Assembly (NCBI RefSeq): GCF_037126435.1
Contig: NZ_CP147020.1
Location: 1,651,293 to 1,715,292, forward strand
Source of the DNA: Bernardetia sp. ABR2-2B
GTDB taxonomy: Bacteria > Bacteroidota > Bacteroidia > Cytophagales > Bernardetiaceae
Direction of reading: 5' to 3'
Length of the DNA: 64,000 nucleotides
Of this stretch, positions 40,698-51,300 are shown one piece after another. The notes beneath the pieces were generated by a model. It was not told where the DNA came from and did no database searches. It saw only the letters and a list, made by a program, of their open reading frames with translations. The translations under genes were made by a program, and so were the position numbers. The first letter of the stretch is position 1; every line of letters starts with the position of its first letter.

Positions 40698-41091
40698 AAA
40701 AATAATTAGTTAGAGTTTTGTCATTCGGAATGTTAGGGTGTTTTGATAAAAGGGAATAATACAGAGTTTGAATGGTTATTTATTTACTGATTGAATTTGT
40801 ATTTAATTAATAGAACTGAATTTAAGCAATTTAGGTTACATAATTTTCATTAAGAACAGTGTTTTTTAAGTATTTTGATAGAATTTTCTAATAAATTAGA
40901 ATAAATCAACATCTAATCAACACTTTTGCTTCAACTCTACTAATTGTCTTGTTTAGCTAATTTACAAAATAATTTGTTTGTTTCTTATTAGCTATCACAA
41001 AATTCATAATTATTACTGTAAGAAAAAAGAAATTATTTCTTAAAACTGTACAATTTTATATAAAAAATTGATTTTTATTTTGCTCTCCTGC

Positions 41092-41670
41092 CTATTTTTT
41101 ATAAATCTTCTCTCCTGCTTTTACTTCAATATTCAGATGGCTTCCTTCTGGTGGAATTGGGCAGTCATATTTTTTATCATAAATACAATATGGATTATAG
41201 GCACGATTGAAATCTAAAATAGCTCTAAGACCGTTTACTTCCACATCAACATAACGTCCTACTTCGTAGGTAGTCTCGCCACTCGTTTGGTCGGTAAATA
41301 AAATAGAAAATCCATCTCCATCTTCAATCGCTTTATAAATATCCAAAGATAGAGGTTTGCCTTTTAGCTTAAAGTCTGCCTTTGCATAGACTTTAAAATT
41401 TCGGTCTTTGCCCTGTGAAGTTTTTAGTTTTACTACTTTTGGGTCTTGCTGTAAAGTCAGCATCGCAACAGCATAATAAGAAGAATCTATTGGATAATAA
41501 TTCAGTCCCTCAAAAGTCTTTCTATCATCATAGGGAATAGGCGAACCATTACCTTCCTTAAATTGCTTGTTTTTTTTGTCTCTTTCTGTCTGAACTTCTA
41601 CCTCATATTTTGGGGCGCAAGAAGCTAAAACAAATAGAGAAAGAATAAATAGTGTGATTGATTTTTTCAT
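41092..41670 (-). CDS. lipoprotein, DUF1684-like
   Basis: Lipobox LASC. C-terminal FNRAYNPYCIYDKKYDCPIPP motif as remembered for DUF1684 proteins. Confidence 0.45.
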   Translation of the reverse strand: MKKSITLFILSLFVLASCAPKYEVEVQTERDKKNKQFKEGNGSPIPYDDRKTFEGLNYYPIDSSYYAVAMLTLQQDPKVVKLKTSQGKDRNFKVYAKADFKLKGKPLSLDIYKAIEDGDGFSILFTDQTSGETTYEVGRYVDVEVNGLRAILDFNRAYNPYCIYDKKYDCPIPPEGSHLNIEVKAGEKIYKK

Positions 41671-41701
41671 TTTTTTTGTTGGTTGAAGTTACTTATTAAA
41701 A

Positions 41702-42400
41702 TTATGATATTGGTCTAAGCCAAAAAGTAGCTAATAGCATTTTATCTGTATTTTCTAAGACAATTTCTAATTTATAATCATTCCCATACAAATAGTTCAG
41801 ACTAATTAAATCATTTTCAATTCCTTCTATTTTCTCAAGTATTACTCGCTCTGTTAGTTCTTTGTTTTCATAGTTTACTATTATCTCATTTATCTTTTTC
41901 CACGTTTCAAAAAACTCTGGCTTTGTCATTCTCCATTTTAAATGCTGTGATATTCTATTTTCCCAAACCTCATCATAGTTCTCGTACTTTATAAGTTGCA
42001 TAATTTTCTGAGCTTCCATTTCAGCTTCAACAAAAAGTGTTGCATTTAATTGGTCTTGCTTTGCCTTGTTATTTAACAAATCAACTACGTACTTTTTAAA
42101 TGGCTCTTTGTATTTTATAGCCTCATCAATAAATGTAAACTCTATATTGACACTCTTTCCATCATTTACTATTTCATATCTAATTTTACCTAAAGTAGTA
42201 GTATCCTTGATACCTAACTCTTTTGCCAAAGTTATTATTTCATTCTCTGTGAAGGTTTCTCGCACGAATCGTTCATTTTCTTCAACTGTAGAGTATATAT
42301 TAATTCCTGTAATAGCAGACTTTTCATAACGATAATTATTACAAGAAGAAATACTGGCTATGCACAATAAGGTAAACGAGAGTTTGAATATGAATTTCAT
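41702..42400 (-). CDS. hypothetical lipoprotein
   Basis: Signal/lipobox CIASISSC. No domain recognised. Confidence 0.4.
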   Translation of the reverse strand: MKFIFKLSFTLLCIASISSCNNYRYEKSAITGINIYSTVEENERFVRETFTENEIITLAKELGIKDTTTLGKIRYEIVNDGKSVNIEFTFIDEAIKYKEPFKKYVVDLLNNKAKQDQLNATLFVEAEMEAQKIMQLIKYENYDEVWENRISQHLKWRMTKPEFFETWKKINEIIVNYENKELTERVILEKIEGIENDLISLNYLYGNDYKLEIVLENTDKMLLATFWLRPIS

Positions 42401-42433
42401 TTTTGAAATGGTTTCGTTGAATTTGTTTTTTGA

Positions 42434-43225
42434 TTAATCTACTTCGCCTTCTCCGTACCAGTTTATCATGTCAATGCAAAAAGAGGAGGTATGATAACAC
42501 CAATAATAATCTTCTTTTGACAAATGTTTTGCACCAATAGATAAAGGAGAGTTTGGAGAAATAATGTAAAAAAAATAATCACTTGGAGCATAACCTGCAT
42601 AGCTCAACATAAAAGAATGCCCACTTTTATAAAAAGAATGACAGTTTACTTTTTCTACTTTATTTCTCAACAGTTTGAATTTTTCAAAGTCTATATTCCG
42701 ATAAGTAAGAAGTTGTTTTAAAATAATATTATTTGTAGTTCCTCTGTAATTTATTGTCCAGTTATGTAAAGTATCAATATCTCGTTCGCCTTCATAGTTT
42801 AGATAAACTTTCACAAAATTGTCTTTATTAAACTCAACTTTCTCAACTATAAAGTCCAAATTACCTTGATTCCAAAAAATAGAATCATTTCTTTCTGTAA
42901 GCCAAATACTTTCATAATCTATGTTTGGTATGTAGCTACTCATAGATGAATCTCTCAATCTAAAATTAATAATATCATTTTCAAAAAACTGTAAATCATC
43001 TATATCATTAAAATCTTTACTAAACTCAACCAATTCTTCAAATTCGCTTTCGTGATTTTCAAGATTTTCTTTCATTCTATCTACCACCTGCATTCTAAAA
43101 TATTCAAATATAAAATCCTTCAAATAGATTTCATAAGAAAAATAACTTGCTATTGCCACAAATAGGCATAGTAAAGAGCGTAGAATGATTTTTCTAATCG
43201 TTTTTTTCATAATCATTATTTTCAA
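42434..43225 (-). CDS. hypothetical membrane-anchored protein
   Basis: N-terminal TM helix. Its start overlaps the upstream gene's stop by 4 nt. Confidence 0.4.
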   Translation of the reverse strand: MKIMIMKKTIRKIILRSLLCLFVAIASYFSYEIYLKDFIFEYFRMQVVDRMKENLENHESEFEELVEFSKDFNDIDDLQFFENDIINFRLRDSSMSSYIPNIDYESIWLTERNDSIFWNQGNLDFIVEKVEFNKDNFVKVYLNYEGERDIDTLHNWTINYRGTTNNIILKQLLTYRNIDFEKFKLLRNKVEKVNCHSFYKSGHSFMLSYAGYAPSDYFFYIISPNSPLSIGAKHLSKEDYYWCYHTSSFCIDMINWYGEGEVD

Positions 43226-44175
43226 AAAGCACTCTGAACTTCTTGATAAGAAATAAGCAAAATAGCAAAAATAGCAACAACAAGCCCCAATTTATTAATA
43301 GGCGATAATTTTTCTTTAAAGAAGAAATAAGAAGCAATCGCAGCAATCAGAATCACAGAGATATTAAAAACAGGAAAAACAAGTGCGCCATCGCCTTTAA
43401 ACCCACTTAATACTTTTAATAATAAAAAGATAGAAAAAAAGTTAGGTATTCCTAAGCAAATTCCACCAATGATACTTCGTTTTGTCATTGTGATTTTCTT
43501 TCTCAAAAACTGAATTGTAAAAATGGTAATTCCTGTAAGTCCTGCAATTCCAAAAAGCAAAATACTAAAAATGCCTTGTTGGTTGGGAAGAACTATCTGT
43601 ACATCTTCTCTTACTGTATAATTAAAGGTGGTGTCTATCATTCCACTTACCAAAAACACCAATATAGGCAGTAAAATAGCTAAATATTTTTTCTTGTCGT
43701 CTTTATACTCTGTTGGGTCAGCTATTTTTGAAGGTTTGTAAGAAACCAAACCCACAGCCGTAATGGCTAAGAAAAGTCCCAAATAATTAAGAAAATCGTA
43801 ATCTTTACCTCCATTTTTCCAAATAAAAAGATTTACCAAAACAGGAATCACAAACGAAATACGAGCCGAAAGTGTCGCCACAGCCACACCAGAAAGCTGC
43901 GTAGTAAGTCCCATTATATAAAAAGAAGCTATAAAAAATGAACCCATTCCCATTGCAATATATAAAGCTGTTGAAAACTGCTCACTTTGTAGTGTTTCGA
44001 AAACTGGAGGACTTTCTATCCAGCCCATCAAAATAAAGAGACTCCCTGTTAAGACACAAACGACATAATTAACAACAATCGCAGGAAAAGTAGGTACATT
44101 ATAGCTTGAAAAAGCACGGAAATTAATAAAGATAGCTACATTAGCTAGAATCCAAAGAATAAATAAAACAACCAT
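43222..44175 (-). CDS. polytopic inner-membrane protein (about 9-10 TM helices)
   Basis: Highly hydrophobic 317-aa ORF. First gene of a four-gene minus-strand cluster. Confidence 0.5.
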   Translation of the reverse strand: MVVLFILWILANVAIFINFRAFSSYNVPTFPAIVVNYVVCVLTGSLFILMGWIESPPVFETLQSEQFSTALYIAMGMGSFFIASFYIMGLTTQLSGVAVATLSARISFVIPVLVNLFIWKNGGKDYDFLNYLGLFLAITAVGLVSYKPSKIADPTEYKDDKKKYLAILLPILVFLVSGMIDTTFNYTVREDVQIVLPNQQGIFSILLFGIAGLTGITIFTIQFLRKKITMTKRSIIGGICLGIPNFFSIFLLLKVLSGFKGDGALVFPVFNISVILIAAIASYFFFKEKLSPINKLGLVVAIFAILLISYQEVQSAF

Positions 44176-44212
44176 AAATCAGTAATCAGTAATCAGTAAT
44201 CAGTAATCAGTA
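44176..44212. repeat. heptanucleotide microsatellite (TAATCAG)x5 immediately 5' of the start codon of the 43222-44175 gene
   Basis: aaatcagtaatcagtaatcagtaatcagtaatcagtt read on the plus strand. An in-frame stop lies directly upstream of the ATG, so the repeat sits entirely in the 5' UTR. Confidence 0.9.
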
Positions 44213-44308
44213 ATCAGTTCAATGCGACTACTTTTTACTGAAATGAATAAAACCTTAGACAATTTTCTCAAATTATCTAAGGTTTAAGAATTTTTTAAGA
44301 GCGCAAAG

Positions 44309-45010
44309 TTACCAATCTATTTCATCTTTTCCATTTTCTTTTAGATAATTGTTGGCTTGACTAAAATGCTTATTTCCAAAAAAACCACTATGAACAGAAT
44401 AGGGTGATGGGTGTGCAGATTCTAATACTAAATGCTTTTCTCTGTCAATGATTTCGCCTCGTTTTTGGGCATTTTTTCCCCAAAGAAGAAATACTAAATT
44501 TTCTTTTTCATCGGAGACAAGCTTCAGAACAGCCGATGTAAACTCTTCCCAGCCTTTTTTGCTATGTGATGCAGGTTTTGAAGCCTGTACCGTCAAGACA
44601 GCATTGAGCATCAAAACGCCTTGAGAAGCCCAACGTTCTAGGTTTCCACTTTTTGGAATTTCTTTTCCCAAATCATCCTTTATTTCTTGAAAAATATTTT
44701 TGAGAGATGGAGGAACACGAACGCCATCACTAACCGAAAAACTAAGTCCGTTGGCTTGTCCTGCTCCGTGATAAGGGTCTTGCCCTAAGATAACAACTTT
44801 TGTATCTTCAAAACTACACTTTTCGAAAGCATTAAAGATGAGCTTCCCAGGGGGATAAACTTTTTCTTTTTGTACTTCTTCCCTCAAAAAAAGAGCAAGT
44901 TTTTCGAAATATGGTTTTGAAAATTCTTCTTCTAAATGAGCTTTCCAAGAATCTGCGATTTTTACATCCATAAAATTATGATTGGTAATTTGGTAATAAA
45001 TAACTGGCAC
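44309..45010 (-). CDS. ung: uracil-DNA glycosylase (family 1)
   Basis: GQDPYHG water-activating motif and the C-terminal HPSPYS motif. Confidence 0.85.
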   Translation of the reverse strand: MPVIYYQITNHNFMDVKIADSWKAHLEEEFSKPYFEKLALFLREEVQKEKVYPPGKLIFNAFEKCSFEDTKVVILGQDPYHGAGQANGLSFSVSDGVRVPPSLKNIFQEIKDDLGKEIPKSGNLERWASQGVLMLNAVLTVQASKPASHSKKGWEEFTSAVLKLVSDEKENLVFLLWGKNAQKRGEIIDREKHLVLESAHPSPYSVHSGFFGNKHFSQANNYLKENGKDEIDW

Positions 45011-45110
45011 TAAACATACTATTTGCTTTGTTTTACAAAGATTTATATCTCAAAATTTGTATTCATTGAAAATATTTATCATTTTAGTAGTAAATCATTT
45101 CCTTTACTAA

Positions 45111-45515
45111 ATGTTTGATAAAATGTTTGGAGAACTCTTTAGTGCAATTACAGATGGTATTTTGGTGCGTGTACGTACTGAATTTCATAAAAAACACTCT
45201 CAAAATGGGAATTTTGTTTTTACCTATTACATAACAATTACCAATACTGGCAGCGAGACTGTACAACTTATGCGCCGTCATTGGCATATTTATGACTCAA
45301 AAGGAACATATCAAGAAGTAGAAGGGGAAGGCGTAATCGGACAACAGCCCATCTTAAAATCTGGACAAAGTCATAAATATGTTTCGGGTTGCCACCTAAA
45401 AAGTGATATGGGTAAAATGTCGGGTACTTATCTTATGAAAAGAATAGAAGATGATACACTCTTTGAAGTCAAAATACCTGATTTCTCTTTGATTGACCCT
45501 GTGAGGTTTAACTAA
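45111..45515 (+). CDS. apaG: ApaG (DUF525) protein
   Basis: LMRRHWHIYDSKG...VEGEGVIGQQPILKSGQSHKYVSGCHL is typical of ApaG domains. Confidence 0.7.
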   Translation: MFDKMFGELFSAITDGILVRVRTEFHKKHSQNGNFVFTYYITITNTGSETVQLMRRHWHIYDSKGTYQEVEGEGVIGQQPILKSGQSHKYVSGCHLKSDMGKMSGTYLMKRIEDDTLFEVKIPDFSLIDPVRFN

Positions 45516-45720
45516 ATACTGTGTAGTTTGATTAGCGAGTGATTTTATATGATTCATATGATGAATGAAGATAAATACAAAATACTTTTTTCAAAAAAAT
45601 TAAAATGAAAAATATAAAACTGGTTTTTGATGAAAAATTGGAAGAGAAATTTTTAATAAACCTATAAAATATGATGAGTATTTTGATCAAGAAGGCAAAC
45701 TACAAGAATCTATATTAGAC

Positions 45721-46032
45721 TTGAGAGATATTTCAGAGCAAAATAAAGGTAAACAAGTTTCCTATGCCTACAATGAAAATGGGCTTCTTTATCATAATAG
45801 TGGAGCAAGTATTATATTTCCATGGATAAATTTATGTCAAGTATTGGAAGAAGAAGAGTTTTTTATTATTTTCTTTGTGAAAGATGTATCGCCTAATTAT
45901 TATGTTCTCTCACAAGAAACAATTCCTGTTATTATTCCCTACAAAATGATAATCGAAGGAAATGGAAAAGATTTAAGAGACTTTGCACTTAAAAAAATCA
46001 ATTTTTCAGACGGATTTTTATACAAAAAATAA
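45721..46032 (+). CDS. hypothetical protein (TTG start; uncertain gene)
   Basis: ORF only. No motif support. Confidence 0.2.
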   Translation: MRDISEQNKGKQVSYAYNENGLLYHNSGASIIFPWINLCQVLEEEEFFIIFFVKDVSPNYYVLSQETIPVIIPYKMIIEGNGKDLRDFALKKINFSDGFLYKK

Positions 46033-46073
46033 ACCTTCCTAATAATAAAATTAAGAAGGTTTTTCATATCCTG

Positions 46074-46147
46074 TGGAGAGTATCAGATTCGAACTGATGA
46101 CCCCTTCACTGCCAGCGAAGTGCTCTAGCCAACTGAGCTAAATCCCC
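46074..46147 (-). tRNA. tRNA-Ala (anticodon GGC)
   Basis: Reverse complement is GGGGATTTAGCTCAGTTGGCTAGAGCACTTCGCTGGCAGTGAAGGGGTCATCAGTTCGAATCTGATACTCTCCA. Cloverleaf has a G3:U70 wobble (the Ala identity pair). Anticodon loop CTGGCAG. One U-C mismatch in the acceptor stem. No encoded CCA. Confidence 0.75.
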
Positions 46148-46279
46148 ATCCTTGGTTTAAAATTCAAACTATTTTTTTGAAAGATAAGTTCATTTTTCAG
46201 AATTTTTCTAGCTTAGGGATTGGAAATAAATAACATACTCATTTTGAAATAGAAAAACGTTAATATTCAGTATATTACA

Positions 46280-46308
46280 TTCGTAATTCGTAATCTTTAA
46301 TTCGTAAT
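46280..46308. repeat. TTCGTAA heptamer repeat cluster (intergenic)
   Basis: ttcgtaattcgtaat ... ttcgtaatt. Confidence 0.7.
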
Positions 46309-46488
46309 TGTTCCTTAGGTTTTAGCCTAGCAAATAAAAGCGTATTTTTTCATAAATACAAATTTTATTTTATTTCGTACCTTTGTTGTAACTAAATTAT
46401 ATCTTTTTATTTATTGGTGTTGCTATCATTAAAACACCAACAATAATTTAATAATAAGAATACGAATTGTAGACAATTCTACATCAAA

Positions 46489-46509
46489 TTCGTAATTCGT
46501 AATTCGTAA
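46489..46509. repeat. (TTCGTAA)x3 microsatellite ending 7 nt before the start codon of the methylthiotransferase gene
   Basis: ttcgtaattcgtaattcgtaa followed by ttaattt and then ATG at 46517. Confidence 0.85.
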
Positions 46510-46516
46510 TTAATTT

Positions 46517-47836
46517 ATGCGTAAAGTAGCTTTTTACACCTTGGGTTGCAAACTCAATTTTTCAGAAACTTCCACTATTGCTCGTCAGTTCGAAGAGCGT
46601 GGTTATGAGCGTGTAGAGTTTTCTGAAACTCCAGATATTTTTGTTATCAATACTTGTTCGGTTACAGAAAATGCAGACAAAAAATGCAAACAAATTGTAA
46701 AACAGGCTAAAAAGACTTCACCCAATTCTTTTGTAATCATTATTGGTTGTTACGCACAACTCAAACCCCAAGAAATTGCAACGATAAAAGGTGTAGATGC
46801 TGTTTTGGGAGCAGCAGAAAAATTTCGTCTGTTTGAAGTATTGAATGATTTTGAACAAAAAGATACTGTTCAACTTTGTGCTTCTGAAATCTCACAAGCT
46901 ACTGATTTTAATACTGCTTACTCGTTTGGCGACCGTACACGTACTTTTTTGAAGGTGCAAGATGGGTGTGATTATAACTGCGCTTTCTGTACGATTCCAC
47001 TTGCTAGAGGAAATAGCCGAAGCGATACTATTGAAAATATTTTGAAAGTTACTAATGAAATTGCTGCAACTGCTGTAAAAGAAATTGTCTTGACAGGCGT
47101 AAATACAGGCGATTATGGTTTAATTAATAATCAGCGTGTTCATACTTTTTATGAGTTGATTCAAGAATTAGACAAAGTAGAAGGCATCGAACGCTTTCGT
47201 ATTTCATCAATAGAACCCAATTTATTATCTGATGAAATTATTGAATTTGTAGCTACTTCTAAAAAGTTTGTTCCTCATTTTCATATTCCTTTACAGTCTG
47301 GAAGTGATGAAATTTTGCGTTTTATGCGTCGTCGTTATAAGACAAAATTATATCAAGAAAGAATAGAAAAAATCAAAAATCTGATGCCTGATGCTTGTAT
47401 TGGGGTTGATGTAATTGTTGGGTTTCCTAATGAAAGTGATGAACATTTTATGGAAACTTATAATTTTTTGCATAGCTTAGATATTTCATACTTGCATGTA
47501 TTTACCTATTCAGAACGCCAAAACACAAAAGCTGCTCAAATGGGAAATATAGTTCCTAAATCAGTTCGTTCGGAGCGTTCGAAGATGTTACATAGCTTAT
47601 CTGATAAAAAACGTCGTCAGTTTTATGAATCACAATTAGGAAAAACAAAAACTGTTTTGTGGGAAAATGAAGTCAAGGAAGATAAAATATTTGGCTTTAC
47701 AGAAAATTATGTTCGTGTAAATCAACCTTATAATGTTTCTCTACCTAATACACTACAAGAAGTTGAATTAAGAGATTTCGACGAATCAGATTCGAAGGGA
47801 ACAGTAATTGCAACACCTATTTCTGAATTAGTTTAA
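46517..47836 (+). CDS. radical-SAM tRNA methylthiotransferase (MiaB/MtaB family)
   Basis: MTTase N-domain and the radical-SAM CxxxCxxC motif (DGCDYNCAFCTIP). 439-aa size favours MtaB. Confidence 0.8.
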   Translation: MRKVAFYTLGCKLNFSETSTIARQFEERGYERVEFSETPDIFVINTCSVTENADKKCKQIVKQAKKTSPNSFVIIIGCYAQLKPQEIATIKGVDAVLGAAEKFRLFEVLNDFEQKDTVQLCASEISQATDFNTAYSFGDRTRTFLKVQDGCDYNCAFCTIPLARGNSRSDTIENILKVTNEIAATAVKEIVLTGVNTGDYGLINNQRVHTFYELIQELDKVEGIERFRISSIEPNLLSDEIIEFVATSKKFVPHFHIPLQSGSDEILRFMRRRYKTKLYQERIEKIKNLMPDACIGVDVIVGFPNESDEHFMETYNFLHSLDISYLHVFTYSERQNTKAAQMGNIVPKSVRSERSKMLHSLSDKKRRQFYESQLGKTKTVLWENEVKEDKIFGFTENYVRVNQPYNVSLPNTLQEVELRDFDESDSKGTVIATPISELV

Positions 47837-48377
47837 AGAATTTTTTCTTATTTGAAGATTGTATCTTTTACTTTATCATTAAATGTTTTTGAGAAAAATA
47901 TGAGTATGATAACTGTACAATATTTTTTCTAATAGTATGATATTTTACTTTAGAAACTACTTTATCAAACAAATAATTCCTAAAAAAATCCTATCTTTAC
48001 CTAGAAAATTAAATAAATATTGAATAAACTTTAGGGGTTGCACCTTTAAAGGTTTACTCACTTTGCTTTGTCATTTTCTAATTGGACGAAAAAAAATCAT
48101 TATTTTCTGTATTTTAAAGATAGTATTCAATATGCTATTCATAAAACCGTTAATTATATAAAATAAGATTAACCAAAGGAAATTGATAGATTTTGTTATT
48201 TATTGTTCTTTTTTGTTGGTTTACTTTAAAATCAAAAAATTACTCATTTCCTCGTTTTATCAAAAGTTTTATCAAAAACCCTATTATTTTTCGCAATTTT
48301 ATGTTTAAGTAAAAGCACTTTGTAATATTGAATTTGATAAACAAAATAAAGTATTAAATATAATTTAATTATATATT

Positions 48378-51300
48378 ATGCACAATATAAAAAACTTACT
48401 CTTTGTCTTTTTTATTTTTAGTGGTCTTTTAGTTAGTCATTCTTCGTACGGACAACTTCTTCAAGGTATCGTTACGGTAAATAATGGAGCTTCAATCAGC
48501 AATGACCCTGAAGGACGTGTTATTTTGAAAATTTTTGCTAAAGGAGCTAGTGAAATGCGTGTTAGTAATAATGCTAGTTTTATTGGCGCACGTTGGGAAT
48601 CTTTCGAAGGTCAAAAAAATTGGCGTTTAGATGCTCGTGAAGATGGAATCAAAACTGTTTATGTTCAGTTTAGAGATGGTTCTGGTTCGATGGTTTCTGA
48701 CCCAACAGTTGCCCAGCTAGAGCTTGACCGTAGCCCACCTACTGAGCCTTCTATTATTGTTAATTCAGGAGCAGAATATACGAATGCTAGAGATAGAAAA
48801 GTCTATTTACAGTTGTATTGTCGTGAAGCATACGAAATGCAAATTAGTAATCGTAGTGATTTTCAAGATGCGCCTCGTTGGTATCCTTACAAAGAAACCA
48901 TACAAGGTTGGCCACTCACAGGAGGCGAGGGAAAAAAATACGTATATGCAAGATATAGAGATTATGCAGGAAATATTTCTGAAAGTGCAATTGATACGAT
49001 TATTGTCGATCAAACTCCCCCTAAAGGTAAATTTGAAATAAATGACGGTGCAAAATTTACCACTTCTCGTGATGTTAAATTACAATTTAATGCTGAAGGA
49101 GCAAGTGATATTTCTATTCAATCTTTAGGTACTTGGATTCCTTATGAAAAAGAAATAGATTTTCAATTACCTGCCGAACAAGGTCCTCAGGTAGTTGCTG
49201 TAAAGTTTAGAGATAAGATGGGTAATCAATCCAAACCTGCTTTTGCTCGTATTATCTTAGACCTTGAACCTCCTTCTATGCCTAGAATATTAGTAAACGG
49301 AGGAAATCGTTATACAAAAAGTCATAATGTAAATATTCGTCTTTCTGCTATTGGAGCATCCGAAATGATGGTTAGTAATGACCCTAATTTGCGTGGTGCA
49401 GACTGGAAACCGTATCGTTATTTGCTTCCTAGCTGGACATTTGATGTAGCTGATGGAGAAAAAATAGTGTATGTAAAGTTTAGAGATGAAGCAGGAAATG
49501 AAACCGAAATAAAATCAGACAAAATTATTCTTGACCAAGGACAGCCAACAGGAGGAACAATAAAAATTGTTTCTAAAGAAGGAAATGAAGGTACAACAAA
49601 TAACAAAGAAGGATTGGTAAATCTTGAGCTTTCTGTTGATAATAATGATGCTCGTTATATGATGATTAGTAATACTGAAAACTTTTTTGAAGGGCGTTGG
49701 GAAATTTATCGTAATAAAGTAGAAGATTGGAAACTTGCAGTAGGAGATGGCGAAAAAGCTGTTTATGTAAAATACAGAGATAGAGCAGGAAATGTATCCA
49801 AACCTGTGTCTGATAGAGTTGTTTTAGACCTTACTCCTCCTATTGATACTCGCATAGCTGTTGAAAAAAATTCAAAATATGTTCAAAGCACTTCTGTTGC
49901 TGTTAATCTATTTGCTCGTGGGGCAAGTGAAGTAATGCTTGGAAAGTCAGAGCAATTTACAGATGGAAAATGGCAAGAATATGCAGAAGAAATAAAAGGG
50001 TGGGAATTAGAAGGAGCAGATGGCAAAAAAACAGTGTATGCAAAATTCAAAGATGCAGCAGGAAACGTAACTTCTCCTATCAGTACAGAGATTATTTTGG
50101 ATAGAGTTGCTCCTCAAGACCCACAAATCAGAATAAATAAGGGTGATAGTGTTACTAATAACCCAAATAAAGTTGTTCTTCTACAAGCAAAAGCTGATGG
50201 AGCTGTTATGATGCAGATTGGAATGAACTCAGCCTTTGATGGTAGTCGTTGGATTAATTATCAAGCAGGAAAAAATGTTCCTTTTGCTCTACCAGGAGAT
50301 GATGGACTGAAAGAAATTTTTGCTCGTTTTAGAGATGAAGCAGGAAATATTTCAGAAGTTGTGTCTCAAAAAGTATTGCTTGACCGTACGCCTCCTATTG
50401 TTGGAGAAGTTAAAATCAATGAAGGAGATAACGGAACAAATATTCAAACTGTTGGTCTTACCCTCAACGCACAAGGAGCTACTCATATGATGTTATCTAA
50501 TCGTATTGATTTTCCAGAAGCAAAATGGGAATCTTATAATACCTCAAGACAATTTACTTTGGTAGGAGAAGACGGAATTAAATTTGTTTTTGTTCGTTAT
50601 AGAGACGGAGTAGGTAATATCTCTGAAATTGCTTATGACAGAATTGGTCTTGACCGTACAGCACCAACAGGTGGAGAAATTACTATCAATAAAAACGCAA
50701 AATATACTACAAACATCAATAAATATGTAACACTTCAACTCCGTGCAAAAGGAGCTGCCGAAATGCGTATTGGAAAAAGCCAGTCTATGGATAGTGCTTC
50801 TTGGCAACCTTTCCGACCTATCGTAATGAATCATATTTTGGCAGGAGAAGACGGAGAAAACAAAGTTTGGGTACAGTTTGGAGACAAATCAGGTAATCAA
50901 ACCGAACCAATTAGTGCTAGTATTATTTTGGACAGACAAGCACCTTTTGGAGAAGAAATTATAATCAATGGAAGTGAACCTTATACAAACAAGCATCAAG
51001 TAAAATTGAATATTATGGCAGAAGAGGCTTCACATATGATGATTACTAATATGAGAGGTTTTCCACCTCCTGCACGTTGGGAAGAATTTCAAACTGATAA
51101 AAAATGGACATTATCAGGTGCTGATGGTTATAAAACTGTTTATATAAAATTTAGAGATGAAGCTGGAAATCAATCTTTTGTGGCTAGTTCTCAAATTTTG
51201 TTAGACACACAACCACCACAACCTGGAATTATCAGAATTGAAGGAGGGCAAACTCGTGTGAAAGACAATCAAGTAACACTTCTCTTTAATGCTCGTCAGG

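Noticed and set aside
47837-48377. 541-bp intergenic region considered as a possible structured ncRNA (tmRNA or RNase P)
   Set aside because: Extremely AT-rich with no GC-rich helices and no tag-peptide-like reading frame. More likely a promoter or leader for the repeat-protein gene.
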